Shown here one piece after another: positions 37,984 to 48,887 of a stretch of 64,000 bases of DNA. The notes below the pieces were generated by a model that ran no database searches, was not told where the DNA came from, and worked only from the letters and a program-made list of their open reading frames with translations. Source of the stretch: Moniliella sp. 'wahieum'. Lineage: Eukaryota. The position numbers and the translations under genes are program-made. Each line of letters starts with the position of its first letter. The stretch's first letter is position 1. Where the stretch lies: contig RSEE01000071.1 in assembly GCA_003971905.1 (NCBI GenBank), forward strand, positions 248,001-312,000, read 5' to 3'.

Positions 37984-40900
37984 CTAATCGCGCTGCTGTT
38001 CAAAGAACGCGACGCGGGCAGCCAAGCTCGACGCCTGCCGCTTCTTGTCGAGCCCGGGGGACGTGGGGGGCACAAGGGACGTGCCGAACGGCTGGGTAGG
38101 CGCTAAGGGGGTCCGACCTGGCGTACCACCTGTCGACCTCGAAAGTGGGGAGGCCCAATTATTGGCCGGCGCGGTGGTACGTGGCGTACCAGGCGTACCA
38201 GGCTGACGTGCCCATTGCCCTGTGGACGGAGGCGAAGCGGGGCGAGAGGCCGGGGGAGAGAGGGCGGTTTGGTCAGCTGGAGCGGGGGTACGGGTGCTGC
38301 CCTGGTTCGTGTGGGCGCAGCGTCGCGGCGGTCGCGCTGGGCAGGCTGGGTGTCTTGGCGGCCCCCATGAGGGAAGGTAGGAGTAGGTTGGTGCGCAAGC
38401 GACGGGGAGAAAGGGGTGATGCCCAATTCGTCGGCCAAGTCGGCTTCGATGGACCACTCGTCGTCTGGGTCCAAGCCCAGACCCAAGTCCCGGTCCAGGA
38501 GACTACTTTGCGATCCCCCCCCAGCGACGGGTCGGAATGCCCGTGGGTGGCGACCGTGGTGCCTGTTGCACCATGACGGTCGTCCGAGCAAGGGTGGGAC
38601 GAGCCTCGTGAGAGCGGGGGCCAAGGATGGGTGTAGGCCGAGTGGCCTTGCGTCGCTAAGTCCGTAGCAACTTCCGTCCCCACGTCTGTCCCCACATCTG
38701 TCCCCACGTCTGTCCCGCCCATATCAGTCTCGGCGCCCGAGTGCTGCGAGTAGACGCTCTCAGCGTCGGTGAAGGGTAAGCCAAGTGGATATCCCCTGTC
38801 GCAGCGGAGGTAGTTGGTCAGGACGAGGTCCGGCCGCTAACACTGCCTCGGCTTCCAACTGGGACAAAGTGCGTGCCTCAGCGAGAGCGGTGCGCAACAG
38901 CGCCGACGCACTTTGGTCTTGTTCCTCCTCTGGCGTAGGCGGGCGAAGCTGTGTCGGGTCCGTCCGCGCCGTCGTATCCCGACGCTCTGCCACCGCCACC
39001 GTACCACCTCCCACCCGGTGCAGGGACAAGGGTTGAGCGAGGGCGCGCTGCACACCCAATGGCGACGCTGGGCCGGACGGGCCGTCGCGTCGCGGCGTGG
39101 TATGGGCCGAGACGGAGGCCGAACCAGCCAGGGCAACAGAACTTAGCACGGGCGTGCCCGGCGCCGCGGATCCAAGCGCACTGGTAAACCGCGGTCGGCC
39201 CGTCGGACTCACGCTCAACGCCTCGTGCGCTCCAGGGACAGGCGTGGCGGGCATCGGCATCGTCGTCGCTGGCCCGGGCTCTCGTGGTGCCGGGTAGGGC
39301 GAGGCTCGGGCGGACAGAGGGAGCTGCTGTTGGGCGGGACGGAGCGGGGTGGTGGTGTGTAGCGCTCGTGGCGGTGGCGTGGTGGGTGGTGCATTGGCAC
39401 TGGCATTGGTATTGACATTGGCATTGATACTGATATTGGCAAGAGGCACCACACCGCGTTCGATGGTCAACCGAATCTCCTCCAAAGCACAGCGGGCGGC
39501 TGTGAGTTCGTCAGTCGCCCTGCCCAACTGACCAATCTCATGCTTCATCAACCGTGTCATCTGTTCCACCCAAAGATCCATCTCGCTGCTGCCCGTTGTC
39601 GAGACACTTACCCCGCTCGCTTGGGACCGGACCGTCGCCGTCGCCGTAGCCGTCGTGCCCCGGTTCCGCCGAGCAGCAGCAGCAAACGACATTTGCGCAT
39701 CCTTCTCCACGTCCACCACGCGCATCCTCAGCTCCCGCAGCAGCGGCACGGCGTACCGCTCAAACCGGTAAAAGCGCACCATCATCTCGTCCAACGCTTG
39801 CGGCAGCGCGGGATCGTGCAAGCCTGTCACTTGGGGCACCCAGCCCGAGCCGGGGGTCACCCCAGCCCCCACCGCGGCACCGGGGGAGGTACGTGGTTCG
39901 CTCGCCGTGCCAGCAGAGGGCGCGCCGGAGAGGGTACGAGAGCATGGGGTAGGGTCCAGAGCGGCCGGAGGCGCATGCGCATGCGCGGTCGACTTGCTCT
40001 CGGACGACACGAGCCGTGCGGGACGTGGCGAGCAGTGTGACGGAGTCAAGCTCTCCAGCGCTGGTTCTTCGTGTCGGTGCTGCGTGGGCAGAGGCGTGGT
40101 GGCGCGGTACGCGGGGGTGGTCGGTGTGCCTACCATCCGCTCCTGGTGGGGGAAGCACGGGCGCGGACAGCCAGAGGAGTCGGAGGCGTGGACGACCTCT
40201 GGACCGAATGCAGGGGCGGGGCAAAGGTCTGGTCCGCATCGGCGTCAGCTACAGTGTCGGCGTAAGAGACCCAACTGCTTTGTCCCGCTTGCTCCTGTAC
40301 GCTCTGGACCTGCGTGGCGAGGTGGTGCTCTAGCCGGCGGAGGGGGAGATGGGATAGCTCAGTCTGGGCGTCACCAGCCGGGCCAGACGGGCCGCCACAG
40401 TGCGTTTTCCAAGCCCCGGCCAATTTAGCTGCTGGGCTGGGCACGTGGGTCGTCGTGTCGGCGTGAGCGGAGCGAGCGCTGGCGACCCTCGACTCGCTTG
40501 CCGTGTCCGCCTGCATGGGCCAGGCAGGAGAGTAGTGTTGGACCGGGGAGCAGGCGGGATGGGAAGAGCGCGGCGCCGGCCCCTGCGTACCCGACAGTAC
40601 CGCCGGCTCGTCCAGCGCGTACCGCGCAACCATTTGGTCCGTCAAGCTCGGCGGCCGGTCAAACACCTTGTGCCGGGTAGGTGGGCTGGGAAGCAAGGTG
40701 CAGGATGGGATGGGGGCAGGCTCCGGGGCAGCGAGGGGGACAGGCGCGTACGCACGCTGGCCAACGGGAGGCGACAGCGGGGGTCCAGAGCCATAGGGGA
40801 GAGGACGACGAGTTGGGGAAGGACTTTGGGCACGCGCAGCGGCGCGAGCAGCAAAGATGGACGTAGGACCGGTCCGCACTGCAGTGTCCGTCGTTCCTCC

Positions 40901-41686
40901 CGTCACCGAGGCAGGCATGGCCGTTTCCGCGCCAGATCGCGGGCGGGGGACATGTACCGCTGGCCGGGCGTGGTGGGGCGGCTTCCGATCATGGGAGCAG
41001 GAGTGGGCGTGGGGGATACGGAGCGGGTGGCCAGGGCGGGGGAGGAGGACGGAGACGGGGACGGGGACGTGGAGGGGTCTTGCGCTTGAACGCGTTGGCC
41101 TGGATGGAGGACCGCGGAGAAGGAGTGCGTGGCGGTGGGTATGGCGGCGCGCCAGGTGTGGCAGAGCGAGGCGGTGGTGACAAAGCAGGCGAATTAGGCG
41201 AAGAAGCTAGCCTGCCGTACCCCGTTCCACCGCCCGGTCCGCCCGCGGGCACACCCAGTGCCGATCCGTATCCTGTGCCCCCACCGGGTCCGCCCAGGGG
41301 CACCGCCAACGCCGCACCGGCGGGGGAGGAGGCGCGCATGCCGCGCGGGTCAGGGGTGACGCGGTTGATGCTAACGCTGCCTTGGGACGTGGCCGAGGCA
41401 TTGGACGCGCGGCGGAGCGGGAGCGGGAGCGGGAGCGTGGGTTGAGGTGGTCCAGCAAGCTGCGAACACTGCGGCTCGAGCGGGCACTGAGGGCGCTCAG
41501 CGCACTGCGGCCACTGCGGCCCGAGCGGAGGGAGGCGCGGTCGTTGTGGCTGTCACTGTCGCCGTCGCCGTCGCCGTCGCCGTCGTGGTTGCTGTCTGCG
41601 CCCGATGCGCCCCGGCGCCAATGGCTGGGGGATGCCTTGCGGAGGAAGGCGCTGAGGCGGCGTGGGCGTTCGCGAGGGCCTTCCAT
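37984..41686 (-). CDS. Large uncharacterised low-complexity protein with a coiled-coil core; frameshifted
   Basis: ATG after a pyrimidine tract (MEGPRERPRRLSAFLRK). Chained ORFs, structured core LDEMMVRFYRFERYAVPLL...EMDLWVEQMTRLMKHEIGQL, and C-terminus SLAARVAFFEQQRD*. Confidence 0.7.
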
Positions 41687-41714
41687 GGGAGGAGAAGAGG
41701 GGTGGTGGGCAGAA

Positions 41715-41870
41715 TGAGCAGAAGAGGAGGAAGCACAAGAAACAGAAGAGGAAGAGGAAGAGGGAGAAGAGGAAGAAGAAGGGGAAGAGGAGAGGAAGAG
41801 GAAGAGGGAGAAGAGGAAGAAGAAGGGGAAGAAGAGGAAGAGGAAGAGGAAAAAGAAGAGGAAGAAGGGA
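41715..41870. repeat. Polypurine GAA/GAG-rich tract (pyrimidine-rich 5' leader of the minus-strand gene)
   Basis: Seen directly. Confidence 0.85.
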
Positions 41871-42325
41871 AACCCCACAGCCAGCCCACAGAGACCGACA
41901 GTGGGAGGCGCGCGGGCGCGGGAAGGGTGCTGGGGATGGGGATGGGGGATGCGGGGGTCTGGGTCGTGGGGCGAGCGGTGGTGATGAGGGTGATGCACTT
42001 TTGGGCCAGGCAAGGCGCCAAAGACACACTGCCGCCGTGCGCACCCGCAGTTGGTTCAAGTTCTACTACTTGCAACTACCTCCGACATCCTACCGCCTAC
42101 CTCCTACACCGCTGGAGACGCATTCCTCATGCGACGCTCTCCAGATCGGTCCACCTCGTCCGCCCGCCTGCCTCGTCGCGTCGTACTTTCCCCCGTCCAC
42201 CTGCTCCCCAACGCCTTCGGCCACGTTCCCATCGTCATCGCCATCGGCACCGCAAGATCCTCATAACCACCTCCACCATCTCCTCCATCTCACGCTCCAT
42301 TTTTCCCGTTCCAAATCTGACATCA

Positions 42326-42415
42326 GGCGAGATAGCGAAGTGGTTAACGCGCTGTGTTCAGGTTCCTCCCTAACCGCAGTCCTCCGGGGCGTGGGTTCGA
42401 ATCCCACTCTCGTCA
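42326..42415 (+). tRNA. tRNA-Leu-CAG: tRNA-Leu(CAG) with an 11-nt intron (42363-42373)
   Basis: Acceptor stem GGCGAGA/TCTCGTC with discriminator A; D-arm GCG..TGG..CGC; anticodon stem CTGTG/CGCAG with loop TT-CAG-G; variable arm; T-arm GTGGG-TTCGAAT-CCCAC; downstream T-runs acting as a Pol III terminator. Confidence 0.93.
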
Positions 42416-43022
42416 GTTCTTCTTTTCTTTTTTCTTTTTCGTTTTCTTTCTCTCGAGATTGGAATTGGCACCAGAACAAGAGACAAACGCCGATTGCCCT
42501 ACGAGTATTACTAGCACACTCTCTTAGTTACTACGGCTCCACCCTTCCCGCTACAAAAACAAGCGGGTTGGGGGCCACATCGATACATAGCGATTCGCTC
42601 CCGCACACTCACTGTACTCTCACTGCGGGTGGGGGCGGCATTCCCCCTAAGGGAAAACAATCCGGCGGATACGTGGTACTAGGTAGTACGTGCAACCTGC
42701 TAGCCCCTCGCGTGGCCAAGGGGGAAAACGATGATGCATGATGTCCTGCGTAGTACAGAGAGCAGACAGCTGTTTCGAGGCATGGCGGCAGACTCGTGGG
42801 AATCATGGACACAGGGGACACAGGGCAAAGCAGTTTCGATTTTGTTCGGGGAGGCACATGCGATTAAGAGCATCAAGCAAAAAGAAAAGAAAAGAGGATC
42901 AGGCCAGCAGAGACAGGGTACAGAGTACAGGGTACGGGGTACGGGGTACATGTAAGCCTAGATGTGCAGGGAAGAGGAGCAGGCGAGGTGGGAGAGCGCC
43001 GGCAAGCGGGTGGATGGGTGAA

Positions 43023-45209
43023 TCAAGCCTTCTTAGCCGCCTCTGCTTGTTCTTCAGCAATCTCCTGGATTTCGTCATCAATCGCGATTTCCTCGTCCAA
43101 GTCTTCGACCTCCAAGTTGGGTCGGTGAATAAAGTCGGTAATAAGGGTCTTGTACGGGTGGGGCTTGCCTTGTGGGTTGTTCCTCCGCACGAGGCGGAAG
43201 TACTCGGCATAGACATTGCCATCGGCGCGACCAAAGGGCGAGTTGATAATGTGGTCCGACAAGACAAAGCTGTCGGTCAAGGGCACGGCAAATCCACGTA
43301 CCGTCTTGCACAGTGCCGACACACTAGCTTGCACCGTATCCAGCTGCTCGGGCGCGAGCCATCCCGAGCGCAAAAAGTGAGCTGCCTTCTCTCAATCTGC
43401 CACAGACCATACAACTTGGCCACCGTCGTCAACGTTGTCCGCACCCCATCCTTCTCAGCCGAGGGCGGGAGGTGCTGGATGGCATTGTGGAATTGGCGGA
43501 AATGTAGTTGGAAGTGTGGACCGAGGCAGCAACAAACGTAGCCTGGGAGCAAGCTTCCAGGACGCCTGCTTGTTCATCCCCTTCTTTTGGGCCGCCACCA
43601 CATCGTCCCGGCCTTCTTGACCAGCATGGCTGACGCTGCATCAAAGCCCTTCTGGATGCCCTCGAGCGAGTCCAAGTCGGCCTCGGTGGCTTTCGCACTC
43701 AAGTTCTTCTCGCGCACGTCCGAGCCGAGGTAGGTGAGTGCTTCCGACATGTGCTTGCCCTTGACGGCATCCACATAGGCTTGCACCAACGACCGGCCCG
43801 ACTGGAGCGCCAGGATGGTATTGTCGCCTTCCCATGTGCAGTGCACAGCAAAGTCCGAGAACATGTTGGCCAGGCCATTGTACGCCGAGTACCCGTGGCC
43901 TCCCAACGACTGGCGCGACTTTTCAATCGCGTCCAGCGTGGCCCAGGTGCAGAACGCCTTGAGACCAGCCGAGGTGGAATGCGTCTGCTTCAGCATCTCC
44001 ACTGTGCGCTCGAGGTTAGGGTCACCAGGCTCGAGCGCCTCCAGCGCCTTGCTCGTCTCGTCGTACATGGCCGTCATCTCGAGCGCCGTAAAGCCAAATG
44101 CGACGGCCTGGGCCAGGGGGGCAACAGGCGACGCTGGTGGATAGGGTAATCGAGCAACTGCGTCTCCAACTTTTGCGACGGGTCCGACTTGAACTGCCGG
44201 CGTACGGCAGCGTACCGAACCGAGATGGTCAACGCCTTCTTGGCCGTGTTGGCACTGTCGGCTACCATGGCGGTACGACCGCCGAGCAGCGCACCGTACG
44301 TGAGCTGCGCCAGCGGCGGCTCCCGCACTTCGCCCTCACGCGTGACTTGGGTGTGCTTCATGAGCATGTAGGCACGAGGGATGCGAACGTTGGTGAACTG
44401 AATGTAGCCATTGTCAATCCCATCGCGGCCCATCTTTTTGCCAATGTCACCAATGTTGATCCCGGGCAGCAATTCAAACGTCTGTGTGTTGCGCAGCGGA
44501 ACAATAAACGTCTTGACACCATAGTCCTTGCCATCCACAATCAAGCGGGCAAACACAGAGCAATGCGTCGCCGTCTGTGCCGCGCCGCCAATCCACCACT
44601 TGGTCGCACCGAGGTGCGGGGTATGAATGACAAACTCGTCGGTTCGCGGGTCAAAGGTAGCGCGCGTCTCGAGACCGGCAACGTTGGAGCCGTGCTGGAG
44701 CTCGGTCATGCCAAAGCAGCCGACCATGCCCTGGAGGGTGATGACACCCTTGTCAATCCAGTACGAGAACTGGTTGGCCGTGGCGCCCGAGCGGATGGCA
44801 CCGAGGAAGAGACCATAGTGCACGCCAAAGCGGGTCCAGAAGCCCGGGTCAAAGAGCCCAATGAGCTCCATGCGCCGCTGAAAGTCGTCGACCGACTCGT
44901 TGGTCACGTAGTGGACGAGGGAGGTGATGCGCTTCATGGTGAGCTCGCGGAGCTGCTCCTTGGTGAGGTCGTAGAAGTTGCCCATGTAGAAGAGGGGTTG
45001 CGCTCGAGCTCGAGCATCTGTTTCTCCTTGAGCTCGAGGGCTTCTTCGCTGCCGTGCTGGGCGATGGCGAGCTGGGCGGGGGGGGGGAATGTCAGCAGCA
45101 GGCAGGGCACACAGAGGGAGGGACATACTGCGCGGACGCTGAAGGGGGGGTTGGCGCGCTCGTGCATCATGGTGGTGACGCTGAGCTTGTCGATGCCCTT
45201 GGCGGTCAT
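43023..45209 (-). CDS. POX1: Peroxisomal acyl-CoA oxidase; intron 45072-45128; frameshifted
   Basis: [73 protein letters not shown]. Confidence 0.96.
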
Positions 45210-46580
45210 GGTGAGGACGCGGAGGGAGCAGAGGTGGGGTGGGGGGGTGCTGCGGGAAGACCAGAAGACGGGTGGCGGTGGTTTTATTGGCTGGGTTACT
45301 ACCAGGTGCGGCCGGCAGCGGCTACCCGGGGGGCCGGCGAGCAGCCAGACGGGCACTGTGAATGCGCCTGACGTAAGCGGCTGTCTGGCCCTGCGTCCGA
45401 CATGACATGTGCCACACGACACGCGGCGCTGGCTGCGCTCCACTGAAACTGAACATTCACCGGATATTCACCCGGCTTGCCGTCTGCGCTGTCCCGCCTA
45501 ACCCGGCACCCCGCCTGTGTGGAGGGTGCGTGAAAATCGGGGTGGCACCGCGCCTGTGTGGTGCGTAAGCCCGCTTGGTCACGCGCTGCTAATCTGCGCA
45601 GCCGCCCACGCACTGGGCCCGTGTCCCGCGTGCGCTGCATCCGTTAACCACGCCCCGGTGCGCTGTGGTGCGCTTCCTGTGTCCGAGACGGCGGCTGGTC
45701 GGCTGACGCGCATGGCCCATGGCCCATTGCCTATCCCCGCTCGGCGCTTTCAGCATTCCAAGCCGCACCCGCATCCCTCTTGCGCATCGCTTCTTGCGGC
45801 CCTGGATGGCCTGTGGCCCTGCCACCAAAGCGAGGTCAGCCTGAGCCTCAGGAGCGAACTAGGCCTGGGCAAGAGCGGTGTGGACGACGAGTCGTGATTC
45901 CGTCTCTCAACAGGCAGCTCACCCCGACGTGGGAGGGGTGCCTTCACCATGGAGGTCGTGCCTAACACCAGTGCCCGAAGAAGAGAGAGCAAATCGCACA
46001 GAGAGCGACCGTCAATCATGACAAGAGAGGCGGCAATCAAAGGGATTGGGCTGCGTTACGGTCCGAAAACTGGTTGTGTATTATTTACTGCAACGTTGCT
46101 TGGTCCCTCCTCGAGATTCTATGGCCTGGTTCATTCATAGACAAGAGTGTCAATGTCTGGCTGTTTGTAGGGGGGAAGATATAGTCGTTAAGTTTGGTCG
46201 TAGGGATATGGGAAGGAGAGAGGACTGTGTGTCAGCGAGCTCCGGGGTGGAAGAGCCGGGTTGTACACGTTTTGGGGGGCGAGGGAAAAGAGAATGGCTG
46301 GTAACCGATAACGGAAGTGTAAGAGAAAGAGAACATTACACTTGCCCTAACGTCTTGCGTGTGGGAGTGTTGGGCGCTGTGGTGGCACGGGTGGGGTGGC
46401 CCAAGCGCGGGACGGGTGCAACATTTCATTGCGCCCAGGCGGAAGGGAGGGTCAAAATGGGGCGCCGGGCGGAATGGGCGGGGCGGACGGGCGGAGGCGA
46501 GGCGAGGGCGATTATCGAATAGGCTTTAGGCCTTAGGTTGGCCAGTTCCCCCCAACCACGCCACACCACACCACACCGCC

Positions 46581-47564
46581 ATGTCTGGTCTGCCAGCCAA
46601 GCCCACTGCGCCCCTGGGTGCCGGTTCAGCCCCCGACCCGGCCGCGCCCACCGCCTCGGTCCCCACCAAGCCCACCAGTGGGTCCGACGACGAAGAGGCC
46701 GGGGACAAGACAGTGTTTGATGACCAGGACAACTTTACCCTCGCCCACCCCCTCGCCTCGACCTGGACCATGTACGCCGACTTGCCCAGCTCCAACCGCC
46801 GCGCCACGTCCTCCTCGTGGGGACAGACAATGGAGAAGTTGGCTGAGGTCGATACAGTGGAAGCGTTTATGGGGTACGTACATTATGTTTTGGTTCCTGT
46901 GTCTGTGTATCTGCGTCTGCGTCTTGTCTGCGTCTGCGTCTTGTCTGCGTCTGCGTCTTGTCTGCGTCTGTTGCCTCCCGTTCTGCCCTGGGCCGATCAG
47001 CCAGCTAACACCACACCATCTCTGGCGGGCAGGTTGTTCCACCACGTGCCTGCGCCGACGCAGCTCGGCCAAAAAATGACGTTTTACCTGTTCCGCGACG
47101 GGATCCAGCCAGCGTGGGAGGACAAGGGCAATGTGGGTGGTGGTTCGTGGAACGTGCAGTTCCCGCGGGACAATTCGGCGGGCAAGATTGATGAAATGTG
47201 GCGCAACACCATGTTGGCAGCGATTGGGGAGACGTTGGACGTGCCCTTCCCCTCGGGCGCACGGCCGATGGAGAATTTGGACCAGACCCCCTCGGTCGTT
47301 ACGGGGGTAGCCTTGGCCGCGCGTCCTAACTTTTATCGTCTGTCAGTCTGGACGCGCTCGCCTCCGGATGCAGTCAAGAATGCGGAGGAGGATGTGGCGC
47401 GGATCGGTCAAAGGACGTACGACGTCGGACTTAACTTTAAGGTGCATGCCTTGGGGTTCCCGCAGGAGGAGAAGTTGAGTATGGCATACAGCACCGAGGT
47501 CGAGTTCCAGACCCACGAGGATGCCGGGCGGAGCAAAGGGCGCAAGGGGAAAGTGAGCGTGTAA
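46581..47564 (+). CDS. eIF4E: Translation initiation factor eIF4E (atypical); intron 46874-47032
   Basis: HPL...W, FYLFRDGIQPAWED, GGSW, DEMWRNTMLAAIGE, RPNFYRLSVWT, EVEFQTHED. Confidence 0.93.
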   Translation: MSGLPAKPTAPLGAGSAPDPAAPTASVPTKPTSGSDDEEAGDKTVFDDQDNFTLAHPLASTWTMYADLPSSNRRATSSSWGQTMEKLAEVDTVEAFMGYVHYVLVPVSVYLRLRLVCVCVLSASASCLRLLPPVLPWADQPANTTPSLAGRLFHHVPAPTQLGQKMTFYLFRDGIQPAWEDKGNVGGGSWNVQFPRDNSAGKIDEMWRNTMLAAIGETLDVPFPSGARPMENLDQTPSVVTGVALAARPNFYRLSVWTRSPPDAVKNAEEDVARIGQRTYDVGLNFKVHALGFPQEEKLSMAYSTEVEFQTHEDAGRSKGRKGKVSV

Positions 47565-48887
47565 CGCCCAACGCGGGGATACCGTTTCCCGCTCCCGCCT
47601 GTTTCTCTGTCTCGTTAACGTCTAACTCTCTCCCTTGGACCGCGTCTCTCCTCCCTTTGTCACGTGAACTTTAGGCATCGCCTAGGTGCCTCTAAAGCCC
47701 CTTGTCCTTGCCCCGCAGGCCTCAGTCTAGCTGAATTGGTAACCTTACTTCCGATCTTACCATGTACGAACTCATGGGTATGTGCAGCTGGGTCGTGTCA
47801 TTCGTATCTTGCATGCTCTTTATCCGTTTCCCCACCATCCATGTATATCTTCTGTTTTGTCTGCTCTCAAATTCCCAGCGGCTAGTCAACTACCTTAATC
47901 TTGTGATCTCCGAGCAGGGAAAAGGGAAGCAGTGAGAAAGTACCAAAGTCGAGTGGACATTGCACTGCGTTGCGTATACTGCCAGAGTTCTTCCAGCTTC
48001 AAGCCCCAAGCCGGCGACAAGACTGCACACGAGATCCCGCACTAGGGCAGCCGGCGGGGTATACAGTGGGAGGAAAGCCGCTTTCCTGCACACAGCCCCC
48101 CCTGCTGTAACCGTCCAACTAGGCGTGTGAGACGCAACTGGTTCCATTCCTGTTTTCGCTCTTCCACGACTCCCTTCTCGCTTGCACCCTTAGGCTGGAC
48201 CATGGCACACGCGATTCATCCCCCGCTTGCGGGTCACAGTCGCTCCTGGTCCGCATTCTCCGAACCCTGATTGCCGCCCGCGCGGCACAGTTCCATACCA
48301 CGGTCCTTAATAACCGTCCTGATGAAGCTTGAAGCCCGATGTGCGTGGAATAGGTGCCACATTCGGAGATGCGAAAACTAGGCCCTAGAGTTGCCGCGCG
48401 CAAGCTAGCAGGCCATGTGTTCATGAACCCTGTCCCATTGCTTGTTCTGTCCTCTTTAAAGCTTTAACCGATGCAACAGGGGGGTTAGGTAGCCGATAAA
48501 AGGCTAACAGGAGGGGAGGCGTGGATAATATTAGGTGTTGAAGAGGGGGCGACCATAATACCACTATGCTCTGGCGGGTTTTAGCGCTTCTGCGGCTAGG
48601 TGTTGCATTCCCTTGGCACAGCTGGGATGCGTTGCTGTTAATCGCCTCCAGGCTCGAGCGCACACAAGAGCATGATATGAGCGGGAGAGCGAGGAAGAGA
48701 GCACTTGATGACCTCCAAGTCGAAGCGGAGATGGGACGACGACCTCTGATCGTATAAAGGCAAGCTCAAAACTCACAATGACTGCCACTGATTCACCACC
48801 TCCACCACCAACAACAACAATAACAACAACAACACCGAGCACCAGTGACACCAACGCCACAACGCAAAACCAAAGGCTATAGGCATC

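Noticed and set aside
42326..42415. tRNA as a CUG-reassigning Ser/Ala tRNA, or as a UCA (Sec/suppressor) tRNA
   Set aside because: The stem register places CAG at positions 34-36, and A73, U33/G37 and the Leu-type D and variable arms fit ordinary tRNA-Leu. CTG codons fall at conserved Leu positions (e.g. the GKL in FBP1 GKLRILYE).
44098..45405. Long antisense or alternate-frame ORFs (e.g. 44098-45405+, 18894-19973+, 61710-62810-)
   Set aside because: They are shadows of GC-rich, codon-biased genes on the opposite strand and show no protein motifs.
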